A DNA stretch of 64,000 nt. Origin: Ascidiella aspersa. Taxonomy: Eukaryota. Positions within the stretch are counted from its first letter, which is position 1, and every line of letters begins with the position of its first letter. Made by a program: the position numbers and the translations under genes. This document shows positions 15,851-28,591 of this stretch, in pieces. The notes under the pieces were generated by a model. That model searched no databases and was not told the DNA's origin. It was given only the letters and a program-made list of their open reading frames with translations. The stretch spans positions 12,338,001-12,402,000 of the forward strand of contig OZ004612.1 in NCBI GenBank assembly GCA_963924565.1, written 5' to 3'.

Positions 15851-17184
15851 GCTATATTTCGGATTTTAGTAACATAAATATAGATCAAGGGCATATACTT
15901 GTTAATTTTAATTTCAGACAAAAAAGGTGACTATTAGAATATCAGCTAAAACAATTTTAGAGATTACCATTGTGAGTACGTAGCTGGCATTAACTATGCT
16001 GAAAATGCTCTTAAAAAACTCCAAAATAATGATCGAGGCCGTTAAAAGTATAACATTATATTTAACAGTTGGCGTAAAAATGTCCGTCGTAATATTTCAC
16101 TAAATCCTGATAATGGAAGCGGTGTATTTTCTTTCCACATGCATAAGGAAATAATTAGAATGTGAATTACATCGTAGAAGAAAAGATGTACCCTCATGAA
16201 ATAAACAACATTTCGTTCCTGAATATCGATTTATTATTACGGTTTACACAACCAAACTAATTGCGTGCAAGGAATTTATTGAAAATGTAAACCAGGGCAA
16301 GTAAGGTCACCTCGCGATATTCAGTCAACTTTCAGCAGCAAATTCGCTTTACTCTCATTTGGTCAGTTCCCGGAATACAGATTGGGTGGAGGCATTTTGC
16401 CAATTCCGCGAAAAAAAGAGCCTCAACACAATTACACGTGCGAGTTGGCACGTTAAAACAAGCTGTTTGCGAACATAAAATGCCAAGAATAACCACCGTG
16501 CTCAGGAAATGTCCATTCGCCGTAACGCGAGCTGCAAAATGTAATCTGGTAGTGCTTATTGGGCGTGCACAAATAGTCACCGCGATGTGATATAAAACAG
16601 CACGTATTCGCATAAGGGTTGGCTGCACAGCACTGCACATTTCTCAGGATGATTAGGCGAAATAACGGCAGCATTGCTGTGGGCAAGCGGTTGATATCGC
16701 AAACACGGAAATAAACAACAGCACGCCGCGCGTTTGGGCCAAGGAAACATTTTGCACGCAGAGGAAGGCAGGTAATAAAACGGGAGAAATGGTCGCCACT
16801 GTTCGTCACTTTATAAACGGCTTCCAGGAATCGTAGAGCGGCGAAGAGCTATTTCGTTCGCGATGATCGCTTCATCAATATCGCCTTGAAATCGACGTGT
16901 TTTCGCAGCGACGCCCTTGGAAGCGAGATAAAATACTTGACTGGCATCGCCCATAGGCCATCAGTTCAATTTCGTCCCGACGCTATTCGCAGCGATGTCA
17001 ATGCGCGACAGGGCAGTTTAGGGGACTCCACGCCAAGACAGAATAATGCCGCTCGTGATCGGACGGCTTTGGTTATGTAAAAAGCCCGGCGAGTTAGTTT
17101 TAATCAAGTGCTAATAGCCGTTTGAGTGAAGCGAAGAGACGGTCCTTGTCACGCTAACGACCGGCAAAGCACGCATGGGGCCGC

Positions 17185-17865
17185 AAAAGTGACGTCACAG
17201 TGGTCCGAGTTGTGACGTAGGAGCGCCTTCAGTCGTGAAAAGGGACTTGCACAGAGTCACCGTTTAGGCAAAAGTCGCCAACAATAATAATCTTTCTAGG
17301 GAGTATTTTTCTAATTCTATAAATAGATGAATCAGGTTGCACTATATAAAGACAAATTGTATGGAATTCTCGACAAGCTTTCGCACAACCGTGCTTCATC
17401 AGGTCAAAGTGTGACACAATAATAATGCATCCGTATAACGGCAAGGGATGCATGGAAAAGGCGTGGGCGTTTAGGGATCGGCCCGTTTAACGCGCTGGGC
17501 GGACGTGTTTGTAAATAAGCGTCGTAGTGCTATCGAGCCAGTCGCACCTCAAATGCGTTTCGCAAACGACGTCCGCCGACCACGGAAGAGACAGAAATAG
17601 CCGGCTCCGAAGATCGTGCTTGCTATTGTGACTTCGCGAATTTTGCGTCCAGTTCCGGGGTGACGTCAATTTCACGTGAACGTGGTCTCACGTCACGGCC
17701 CTGCCTACCTGGCGCTTTCTCGTTTTCTCTCTCTTTTATTAAGTTGTCGCGAAAAAATACATGGGAAATTCTTTAATTGGATTCCGACCTATTTTTTGCG
17801 ACCACCGTTGTGCGCGTGTTTATTAAACAACCTTTTTCCTCGACAGGTAGCCCGGCTATAAGTGT
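17185..17865 (+). promoter_or_regulatory. Probable promoter of the Spaetzle-like gene: CRE/E-box cluster
   Basis: CpG-rich patch with TGACGTCA at 17190-17197 and 17661-17668, TCACGTGA at 17672-17679 and further ACGTCA half-sites, about 0.5-1 kb upstream of the ATG at 18229. Confidence 0.4.
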
Positions 17866-18228
17866 GCGGAAGGTTAGCTGGAAATTCAGTAGTGACTTTA
17901 TTTGATATTTGGAACACGATTTGTCTTGAACTTGGGCAGAGAAGAATTATTTCGACGGACCACTTTCAAGTTGTTGGATCGGAGACTTTAGTCAACCTCA
18001 ACCAAGAAAAGACTTTCGACGACCTAATAGTCTTCGAATCTTGAAATTTGCAATTTCAATTTTCGCTGGCGATTAGAACAGTTAAAACAAGCAATTGTTT
18101 TGCCTGAAAACTGTTCGGCTTATATTTCAAGGCAAAACAAATCCGATTGGGAAAATTGACGTCGGTGACCTTTTTTTTGAAGACAAACGGAAAAGGATAT
18201 CGCAAAACGTCAAACCAAGATCGCAATC

Positions 18229-21200
18229 ATGTCAGTTGGTCACCTGATAACGTCACTGACTGTAGGCATCGTCATCAGCCTTGTTGCCACCGGCGAGGCA
18301 CTATCGCCTCTTGCAAGTAAGTGCCTCTTTCGTGCCCATATCTGGATTTATTGTAGGACGTTTTACTTTTCGTGATTTGTCAAAACAAACGGCCGGTTTT
18401 GAACCTTGAATGTTTTGTTTGTAACACTTGCGATTTAAGGGTAAATGTTTTGTTTTTTACACTTGCAATATATGTTGATCTATTGTAGTGTTTCTCAATT
18501 TTTTTCGTGGCGATTCAAATACTAAGCTTGAGTACAACAGTGAAACCTTGGCGACCCAAATCTTTTTGCTGAAATTGTTGTGAGTAAGCAAAACATAAAA
18601 CATTAGCACAAATAAAATCGAACTAGTATGATCCACGACAGCAGAATAGCGTTGAAAATCTAGCTTAACTTTCCTGCTGTTACTGGTCAGAAATTCGAAC
18701 AACATTTACGTTGCAAGGGTCAAGGTAATATTAATGTCACATATTCAGTGCAACATAGTATGAGCCATGTCCGTAGCTAAAAGCTAATGAATATTCATCA
18801 AACATTTTTACCATGTAAATTGCATGTAAATTGAGGACCACTGGTTTGAAATCTTAATAACGTAGGATCAATAAAATCTATTTATTGGGTGAAACACAGC
18901 CTTTCTTAGTATAATCATTTGTTTTAACCGGAACTGTATTTTTAAATTGTTTTTTACATCATTAATGCGGCCACATAGGTAGGGGTTTCAAAACATCATA
19001 GTTTATAACTTTTCATATAACGGTTGCATTGAGAGGTGGTGTTACACTTATCTGCAGTTACTAAAACATGCGGTAACGCTTATAATAAAGTCCGTCCCGC
19101 ATATACTGCCTTATGTTATTCAGCATTTTAGGCACATAAGTTCAAGGGTTGGTCAATTATACGTAATTTCTGTAGGGCAAAATCGCAACATTACGTCATC
19201 GATAACATGCTGGCTTGGCCTAGACAAACAATATGGTGGCAAACGTATACGTAGTAATCTTTCAAGATCATGTCAGAAAACCGTGTCTGGTTGGTAAGGG
19301 ATAAAAAGATAAAACGATTAATAAATGTCAATTTGATCAATTAACGCTGCGCTTATCGCTAGCAAAATGCCAGCGTCCGACAGCCCGCCTAAAAATGGCA
19401 AAAAAAGCGCGCGTCTTATGAGACAAAAAAATTCGTGCAGTAAATACAAAACTTGTCATCGAAAAAAGGGCCGGGTTTGAATATTTCCCAACGCGGGAAA
19501 AGGCTCAGTCCCTCATTAAAACGAGGCGGCTTCACGAAAATCGGTCGCATTTGGCCGAGCGGTTCGTCACGAAGCAGAAAAGTGAAATGCGCCGAAGATT
19601 CGTGCTAACGATTGAGGAAGACTGTCCAGGCTTGTTTCCCTTTACCCTGAATTTCGGCCGAAGTTTCAGATCTGTGTTTTTTTAGGTTTAGGGGATTTTT
19701 GTACACGACCTTTTAGGAAGGCAGATTTTGAAACACCTTAAAAATAGGAGAATTTCTCGCTGGCCTGATGTTGGTTATTTGGTTAAGGAGTGTTTTTTAG
19801 TGGTCATAAAAGTGTTTGGTTTTTAGTACAACGTAAAATTCAAATTACGTTTAAATACGCGGTACCTAACAATCTATAAGAACACTATTTTTAACCGTTG
19901 GCAATTTTAGCTTAATTCAATTTGAAAGAAAATCTATAAAAGACTAAATGTGTTTTAAAGTTTTTTTTCTACGCCCTTCTTTAAAAAGACAGTTGTAAGT
20001 GCTACATATTAAAACAAATCAACCATTATTATAAATTGTTTTTCGCACTAAAATAGAAATACACAAAAAAATATATTTTGTGATTTTACAGAGCAATTCA
20101 GTTTGCGCAGCGGGCCTATTGCATAACGGTCGCCAAAAGCCGCATAAATAACCCCTTTAAGCTGGTCGTGCAGCCCCCACCAGGAAGGTCTCGTCGTTTG
20201 TTGCAAAACAAACTGTGCGCCATATCGTTGTGCGACGTTTTCACTTTTCCGGGCGAAAAGCATAAAAAAGAAGAAGCGCGCGGATCACGATTCGACTCCC
20301 TCCGTTGGGGACAAGGGGCGTGGGTTTGCAAAACACGAACTCCGAACGCAATAAGACATCTTTGGCCTATGCGGCAAAGTAGCCGGAACATGGGCGCGTA
20401 TTTAGCACGGTTCGACTACTTCACAAACCGCGTTTTAATTGTTGTATCTAAATGCAAGCAGCACTGAAATTTGCTGCCGGAGTGGAAAGTTACGGGAGCT
20501 TCGGCGATTTTTTTCCGCGTTGCCTCTCTTGTCCTTGTTAACGGCAGCTGTGTTGAGGCTGGCGGCGGAAAAAAAGGGATTTGAAGAAAACCGATGTCGG
20601 GCGTTTGCCCAGCTCGCAAAGCCTTAATGAGCCGTTGCTCATTCAGTGAGATGAGCTTGCTCGCCGAAGGGCGATATTCGACAAAGGGTCAGGTCAAGTT
20701 AAGAGTAATTTTGTTTACTTTTCACTTAGGCGTGTACATCTGTACGTCGAAGGCAATTTAAAGCTTTGCTTTCGGAAAGATAAAATGATGAATCGCATGG
20801 GCTTAAAGACTTATATAGGCCGAGATAAACGCAATAAATGGGAGATCGCAGGCGAATTGCAAAGGCAACTCGAATCGGAAGTAAAGCACTAAGAAAATAT
20901 TTTATTGTCCAACGAGGAAGTTAAGTGCTTCAGCAAAGAACTGAAGGCTTGACTTTATATAATTCATCCAGGAAAAGTAACCAAGAGTACTTTAAAAAAA
21001 AAAATTAAATCGTTAAGAGTGTTGCGTTCAAAAACATGGACTGAACGTATTTTTGTTTTATTTTTAGTATTAATAAAAACAGAAAAACGAGAATCTTGTT
21101 TATTACAAAAAAAAAACTTGAAACCAAAGCTATTCCGCTGCTAGCTGCATAGAGTGAACTTGCACATAACCGGAAGTCAAAATTAAAAAAAAAACGCAAG

Positions 21201-24200
21201 AGCAAGAAACAAGAAGGCAACAACACGATGAAGGTCGCGACGGCGCAACTCGCAGTTTTCGGTGAGTTTTCGACGCCCAGGAGAAAATAAAAAAAAATTA
21301 CGCAACACAAGAACGAAAAGGCGTTAATCGCGCGGGGGCAATTATCGCGCAAACTTCTCCCACGAAAAACCGAAGTGGCGGCCGCAGACTGAAGGGCGCG
21401 GACTCCGCCTCTCTTTCGACTAGAATTTTGAGCACCGCGAGCATTGGGCGGAGTCTGCAGCCGGCGATTACCGCGGTTTACTGGTGCGCCAATTACGCCG
21501 CTAAAACGCCGGGTTCCTTACGAGCACTAGCCGACGACGACCCGACGGTGGCCAGTCACCTTTTGGCATAAACATTTTTTGGGCATAAAAGTGAATTAAA
21601 AACTTTTTTTTTGTTGGTATAGTTGTTAGTTTGGCAGATAATGGTTCCTTATTGAAGTCAATGTGACTCCGTTTTACCGTTACGCAGGTCACGGACGCGC
21701 GCGAGACAACAGAAATCCTTGTATATACATATAAATATATAAGACAACGGTTTAGGAAAGTAACACTCCTCATTGTAGGTTTGAGCTAAGAATATATGCA
21801 TATAAAGCAATGGCCATTTTGTCCAAGTTTATCCTACAAAATAACTGCAGTGGCACTTCCAATGTGAACAGTTTTAGCAAAATACTCGTTTAAGAAAACA
21901 TAAGAGTTTATTTTAGGCTTTTAGTTAGTCATCTATACCGGCATGAATTTCAACGCATTTTTATAAATAAAACCTCAAACGTTGTATTTTTTCGCAGCAT
22001 TGCTTCTCTTGTACCGCGGCTCGACTGGCAACCGCATGGTTCCGAGGCGTGTACTGCAGGGCCGAGCGGCGCCGGCGCCAAAGCCAAGGGGCTGGGCCGA
22101 CTGGGGCGCCTGGACGCCGTGCAGCACCGACAGCGTGGAGGGGGGCGTGCGCGCCAGAAGCCGCACTTGTCACGAGGAGCAGTGCGACAATTTGGCCGGC
22201 GACAATTACGAAGTGCAGACTTGCACGCACAAAGGTGAGACGTCTGGCCTGACAGCTTAGTTTTCAAATATACTAGATTTTTGTGCGATGTTGTGAAAAT
22301 GAGTGCGATGTTGTGAAAATGTCGAATGCGGTACAATAAAAAAATGAAAATAAGAAATTAATAAATTGTTCGAATTAAGATATACTGACGATGCCTTTGC
22401 TGGTAAAATATATACATATATATCTTTTAAGATCTTTTAATAGTTTCTGTCCTAAATTGCTAGCTTTGCTAGAGTTTTCTGCTGTTACTGATCAGGGATT
22501 AAGGTCGACATTTATCTTGCAAGGGTCAAGGTGATTTTTCATATAACATATTCAGTGCGATAAAACAAACGCAGATTTTTCTTACTCTATTGAATCGCGT
22601 TTCGTTAGTTGCGTCTTCAGACCGCACAATCGCAAAGCAATTCTGTAGTCATTTTTACTTTCGAAAAATGTCTTCTTCAATTCAGGTAAAAGTCTGCCGT
22701 ATAACTTGTGACCAAATTATTTCTTTGTATACAAGTCGAAACCTCGTCCAGTCTGAATGCGATTTTTAACCCTTGTTGCTTTTCAGCTCCCGAGGGACAA
22801 ACCCGTAACGACGCGATGAGCGACTTATGCATTAACGACCCAACAATGCGGGACTCCATGTCGTGCAAGCTATACATGGAGAACGCCACCATGGCTTACG
22901 ACATCTACTTCAGCACCGGGTACATGCTTGTTTTTAGTACATCGCCAAAATTAAAAACTGTCTAATTTGTGCAGTTTGAAAGGATACTTTGATAGCCGCC
23001 AAAAAACAACACGGGTTATATACTTATTTATAGGTGTTTTAAAAATGTCAAATTATACAACAAAATTATCAGCGGTGCTCATTCGGTCAATCAATGTAGC
23101 ACTTATTACTCACTGACTTATTTTTCAAATGAACTACAGCGGATATTGGTTCATAGAACTTCTCGGGTTTAGGCACAATTGCTTCCATTGTGTCTTGGCG
23201 AATGTAAATCGGGTTCTATATGTAAATAGGAACCAGACAGCGGCTTTAGGGCAAATTTATATGCAACCTAGAACATCGCACTTATTCAGGGGAAAAATCG
23301 AGAAGGCGTCGCCAACCGGATCAACTATTTTATTATATGGAAACGGCAATTTTAATTGAGTGCGACGAGACACAGAAAGAGCAGTCCAATTTGCATAGTT
23401 AGCAAACATAAAATTCCACTTGCGTTCGGAGCCCGTGTAACGCTGCTCAAGCGCGATTAACTGCAATATGTATGCAAAACCCTGCGCTGATCTCCCCGCC
23501 TGTCGAAGTCAAATTTGCGTTTATAAATCAAATTAAATGGCAACGCGAGTTCGAATTTCAAACAATAACAAGGAACGTTCAAACAATAACAACAAGTGAC
23601 CTTCGCAGATGCCTGCTGGCTATTTTGGACGACGTCAACTCGGAAAACGAGGCGGAATCCGACTTGGTTTTCGGGAGGGAACCGGACCCCGAACTGGGGG
23701 AGAGGGGCGCCTTGTTCCAAGGCGACCTTGTGACGTCAGACCTGAGCTCGGGAAAGTTTACGGGCGGCGCCGTCTCGCCCAATCCGGTGCCGCCGGGCCA
23801 GCGGGACCAGAACAACCGACAGGCCAACTCGGGCGTGAGCGGACTTTTCAACGTGTTAGCGACCAACAACGTGTGCACAGGTACTTTGAGATTTCTAAAA
23901 CTTGCCACGGCCGGTATAATAAACACAGAAACACAGCTAGACGAAGGTACAAAATAAATGGACTTAACCATTTTGATGCATCAATAAGGCTTGATATTTA
24001 ATTTAACATATTAAAATAAAAAGTGTCGCGTTATAGAGTAGGGTAGAACAATGGCATCAAGAAATTAAATGTCTAAAACTTAAAGTTGCCACAGCAAAAC
24101 AGCTAGGCGAACTTACAAATAAAATAGAGGTTTTTGATGGGTCAATAAGGCTTCGTGTTTGGGAGTAAAACATTAAAATGAAAAGTGTGGTGTTATAGAG

Positions 24201-26789
24201 TAGGTAGAACAACGGAATGAACAAATTAGAGTTTTTTTAACTTTTGCCATTTTTTGTCTCAGAAACGACACTATATATCAACAACAAAAATGTCAGACAA
24301 AATCTTTTTTTTTTTTAAGTGCGTTAAAACAGGTACACCTTGCATTGCATTATTAAAACATGGGCTTGCTACCATTTTCGGCCCCCGGGTATTTTTCTGA
24401 ACCTAACAGTAATTCGGGCAGAAATTACGGTAGCAACAAAGCGAGAACGAAAGCCTTAAAACGCCTCCTTTCGATTTACAGACGTTTGTCAGAGGATCAT
24501 TGTAAGCGCCACTGGTATTTCGTCATTCGGCAGTAACGCTCCTAACTCGGTCAACGGCATCGTGGCCCTACTCGCATCCAACTCTCTTTTCAGAGGAAAC
24601 ACGGCGGCCATTCAAAACGAGTACGCGAGCTGTACGCTCGAATGCAGGTGAGAACATCTCGGCAGAAGAAATAAACTTATGATTGTCACGCGAATGGAAA
24701 CGATTTTTTTCTGTTTTTTTTTAAGACTATTTTCGACAGTTGTTCGGCGCTTTTAAAATATGTTTATTTTGAATCAATTTGGATAAAGGTTTCGATTGTT
24801 TTTACTTTTAAAAATCCGTTTGCGATCTTACGGGTTATTTTAAACACAAAAAGCTGTGGTATTTTAAACATATTTCGACTGTGGGATTTTAAACAATCTT
24901 GACCAAGTTCCAACTGGTGAATTACCACAACCGTATAACAGACGATGACAATAACAAAGTACATTTTAAAATTAATCCTATAGTTCGCTTTCGAACATGA
25001 TTTCTAACTCACTTCGCGTTTTTTCCAGATTGTTCGGGCCGCAGTACGCCACCGCCCGTCTGGGTCTGGCCAGCCAGGGCCAGGACCGCGCTTTCAGCAA
25101 TGGCCTGCGTGTCACCCTTAACGTGGGGGAGGGCACCGGGTCTGGACGTCGTCGGCGCCGCCGCGCCCTGCCGCTCCTTGTTAACCGAATGCTGGAGCTG
25201 ACTCCGGAGCAATCCGAAGAGCTACAACATGCGCTTATGAACGCCGAAAATGACGACAGCGCGCCACCTAGCGTCAATGCGGGCTTAGAAGAAAAGCCGG
25301 TAGGTGGCGACGAGTTCGCTCCGGAGTCGCAAAGCGACAAAGAGGACGGTTTCCCGACTTTCAGGCGCCGCGTCAAAGCGCCGCAGCGTCTTATGGACCG
25401 AGTCGCCGCGGTCGGGAAGAAGAGAAAGCCGGTTGCTCCTCCACGTCCGGAGGAGAGGATCGTTGAAGAGCAGGAGAACGTTACCGCAGTCCTGGAGAGG
25501 GCCAAGAGGCAGGCGCCGCCAACTTCCGACCCGAGCAGCTACACGAACCCGTGCTTCGTACGCGAGGAGTTCTCCCGCAGTCCGCGGGTCACCAATGTGG
25601 ACGGAACACAGGGCGAGCTGTTCTTCTTCGAAACCAAGAGCCAGGTAATTTGACGCGCTTAAAGTGTTTGCTTATTCGTATTAAAACGTAAGGGTTTTGC
25701 GAAACAGGATTTGCAAGCTATGTGTTGTGGCAAGCCAAACGATTCTGTTGCTTGTTAGCTGAAAAGTGTCAATCAAAAGTTACACTAAGTACAAAAGCAA
25801 ATTGACAAAATTTACTAAGTTCTGTACTTTTTTACTAAGTTCTGTACCTTTTTACCAAGTTCTGTAGTTCTGTACCAGTTTAATCTTTATCATTGATGTG
25901 CAACCATAATCGTTTGTTTTCACCATTCGGATTCAGGCAAATTCTGTTAACCAAACAAAACTATGATTAAGTGTCAATCAATTGCGATAGTGTCCATCCA
26001 TTATAAATATGACTGATAAATAATCTTAGAGCGCTTGCACATAGTTCACGGTTCACAATTTGAAACAGTTCGCGCGGCGTCGAAAATATTCAAGAGAAAT
26101 AACAACGATTTCCCTTTTTCGCAGCGCTTTTTAAGGCGGCGTTGCCAGGGACCGGAAATCGTCCGCGGCTCCCTCTACCAGCCCAAGGAGACGCTGACGC
26201 AGGAGAGGACGAAGCAGCAGGCCGTTTGCAAGCAGGGATACCTAAAGCGATTCGGCCTCATGATATTCTACGACCCTGAGGTGAGCTCAATTGCCATGTA
26301 ATTAAACTAGTTTTTCAAAGTGATGTCAGTTTATTGTAGCCAATTTGGTAGCAGAAATCAATATACGATGTATTCAGTTGCGCTGTGCAGCCGTTATTGA
26401 AACATAATTACCATTCTTTTAGGATACTTAAGGGGTTATATTGCCACCTATAAATAGTACGCCACAAATATTTCTCTACACTGATACAGAAACCTATCGC
26501 GCTTTACATCTTTGAACAAACAAACCAATCGTAGATACCCATGTAGTTTTAACACGAAATCTACACAAAAATATTCAATTCGGGCTTTGCGAACTTATCT
26601 GGTTCGACATAAAATCCTTGTAAAATGGCGATAGGAACAAGTAAGGTGCTAATTTAAGCTTTTATCAAACCATAACTTTGTTGTTTGTTCCAGGGCGAGT
26701 ACGCATTCAGCGACGGATCGCGATTCTCGGTCAAACTGAGGCAGTTCAAGCTGGAATCGCACTGCGAGATCACGGTCGCGTCGCCGTAG
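18229..26789 (+). CDS. Secreted precursor, 587 aa: signal peptide, TSP1 domain, Cys-rich domain, furin sites, Spaetzle-like cystine-knot domain
   Basis: Eight GT-AG exons with consistent phase: 18229-18316, 21998-22234, 22787-22919, 23609-23880, 24482-24647, 25029-25644, 26125-26280, 26694-26789 (1764 nt, ends TAG). N-terminus MSVGHLITSLTVGIVISLVATGEA is signal-peptide-like. WADWGAWTPCS...RARSRTC...C...EVQTC is a TSP1 motif. RRRRRR and RAKR are convertase sites. The C-terminal PC...SQRFLRRRC...VCKQGY...QFKLESHC matches the Spaetzle pattern. AATAAA at ~27514. Confidence 0.85.
18640..18760. repeat. Degenerate copy of the dispersed repeat family (intron 1)
   Basis: CTGCTGTTACTGGTCAG...TTGCAAGGGTCAAGGT...CACATATTCAGTGC matches 22480-22558 and the reverse complement of 15660-15740. 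Confidence 0.6.
22425..22560. repeat. Copy of the dispersed repeat family (intron 2)
   Basis: TTGCTAGCTTTGCTAGAGTTTTCTGCTGTTACTGATCAG...CTTGCAAGGGTCAAGGTGATTT is the reverse complement of the element at 15660-15765. Confidence 0.7.
23893..24230. repeat. Degenerate two-copy tandem repeat (~165-175 bp unit) in an intron
   Basis: TCAATAAGGCTT...ATTAAAAT(A/G)AAAAGTGT..GTTATAGAGTAGG(G)TAGAACAA occurs at ~23981-24052 and again at ~24142-24212. Confidence 0.6.
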
Positions 26790-26989
26790 AACGCGCACGG
26801 CGACACACAGACAAACCTGGCGACAAACCACGCGATGGCGCAACTCGGCGCGGGCGCTGGCCAAAGAGCCGCGCCGCCGGGGAACTTTACTCGCTACATC
26901 GAATTGCACAGGCCGATTTTTGCGTACGCGCCACTTTTTGGCACACGCACAGTCGCACACGTCCCAAACGATGTCAACAATCGTGTCTT

Positions 26990-27008
26990 TCTCTCTCTCT
27001 CTCTCTCT
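26990..27008. repeat. (CT)n microsatellite in the 3' UTR
   Basis: TCTCTCTCTCTCTCTCTCT. Confidence 0.8.
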
Positions 27009-27870
27009 GTTACGTCATCACTTGCTACACGTCACTGAGGTCTTCATTCGCTTTTCTCTGATCGCGCGCGGGAGTTTCGGTAAAGGAGACGAAAATACAA
27101 TAACAGGAAAATCATTTTTACGTTGTGAACTTCGAAATGGCCATTTTTCTAAAAGTGCGATTTCTAATAGAGAAAACCACCGATTTTTTCACATATCTTG
27201 GTTATAGAAATCTCGTTCTGTTTTCGAAAATAGTTCACATGTCGTAAAATTACTGTTGATTAATATCGCATTGCACTACAATTTATACGATTGAAAACAA
27301 TTTTTTTTTCGTTTTTTTATTTAAAGGGACGTTTTTTATTGGCTATATATTTCATGAATGCTTGTAAACTTTCATCTCGCTTTTTGTGCGTTGTTATACT
27401 GCACTTTCTGCTTAACTTCTTGCCCGTATCGTTTTATGTAATTCGATTTTACTCTGTATAAAACTTCGCTTTTTCGTTGTCGTTTTTTTATGCACAGCTT
27501 TCACAACCGTTGCAATAAAACTGAAAATTGATATAAGAGAGAGTTATGATAAAAATAATTGTTCATAAAAAACATATATAGCCTATTATTTAGATTCTTC
27601 GAGTACTGTAAATTACAGCAAAACTGTCGAAAACACAGTTGTCACATTTAGGTGATTTAAATTTGAATTGTAAGTGTATAACTGTTTATACGCTGCTGTG
27701 TATGTCAAGTTAAAAATAGTACACGGATTCTACTACCAATTTTACAAAAGAACAGCGGTAACATTAACGAACGGTATTAGTTTGTACAAGCATAGGTTCT
27801 AGCGCAAACGACCCAATATGCCATGATGCTGTTGTCAAACACCGCTTGTATGTGAATTAAGGTTCTAAAC

Positions 27871-28591
27871 CAGTGGTTTTCAACCTGGGGGTCGCGACCC
27901 CCGGATGGGTCGTTTGCCTTTTCTCTGGGGGTCGCGAAGACGACGTTAAAAAATACAAATCACTATTGCTAGAATGCGAATTAATTAGCTTAAAAAATTA
28001 ACTTGTAATGATAGTGAATGTTTAAACAGTGAGCAGCCTGTGAGATAGAATATTATTTTAACAATCTAGGCTTTCTATTGAGATCCCGGTCTCAACCATA
28101 GGTAGCCTTCGGCAGTGCTTGTCAACCTTATTTGGAACAGTAAACACTTAAGTTTACTAAATAACTTTAAGCGAAAACCTAAACCTATAATTCAAGTTGC
28201 AATTGTTTATATTACACGATGTTTATTTTCAGACTCATTAAAGACAGAAATCACAAGCAAAAACTATTAACCGTTGTGACAAGAACTATATTTTTTACAT
28301 CACATTAACGATTAAACTAAAGTTTAGTCAAATAGTGATATCGAATGAAAATCGTAATGCGGCGATTAGGGGCTTAAACCGTAACTTTATAAGCTAGTAC
28401 ATATCCTTTTTTCGTTAATCCGTATAGTTTAACCAAATTTACAACAATCGGTCGAGAAATGTGATCGATTTACCAATTTAAATGTGACTCTAATAGTTCG
28501 GTCAATGTATCATTAATTCAAAATTGAGGGGTCGCGTAAGTTTTGAAAACTGGAAAAGGGGTCGCGACAACAAAAAGGTTGGGAACCACTG
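27871..28591. mobile_element. Non-autonomous hAT (Buster-type) element
   Basis: TIRs CAGTGGTTTTCAACCT / AGGTTGGGAACCACTG, subterminal GGGGTCGCG repeats, and a perfect 8-bp TSD TTCTAAAC (27863-27870 and 28592-28599). Confidence 0.92.

Noticed and set aside
1000-17100. Many 60-125 aa ORFs in 1-17 kb (also 28.6-33.7 kb and 60.2-64 kb)
   Set aside because: No recognisable motifs, no phase-consistent exon chains and no codon bias. This matches chance ORFs in non-coding DNA, although small exons could have been missed.
24978-25505. 175-aa minus-strand ORF and similar antisense ORFs over exons at 22.0, 23.6, 36.6 and 42.2 kb
   Set aside because: Shadows of GC-rich plus-strand coding exons.
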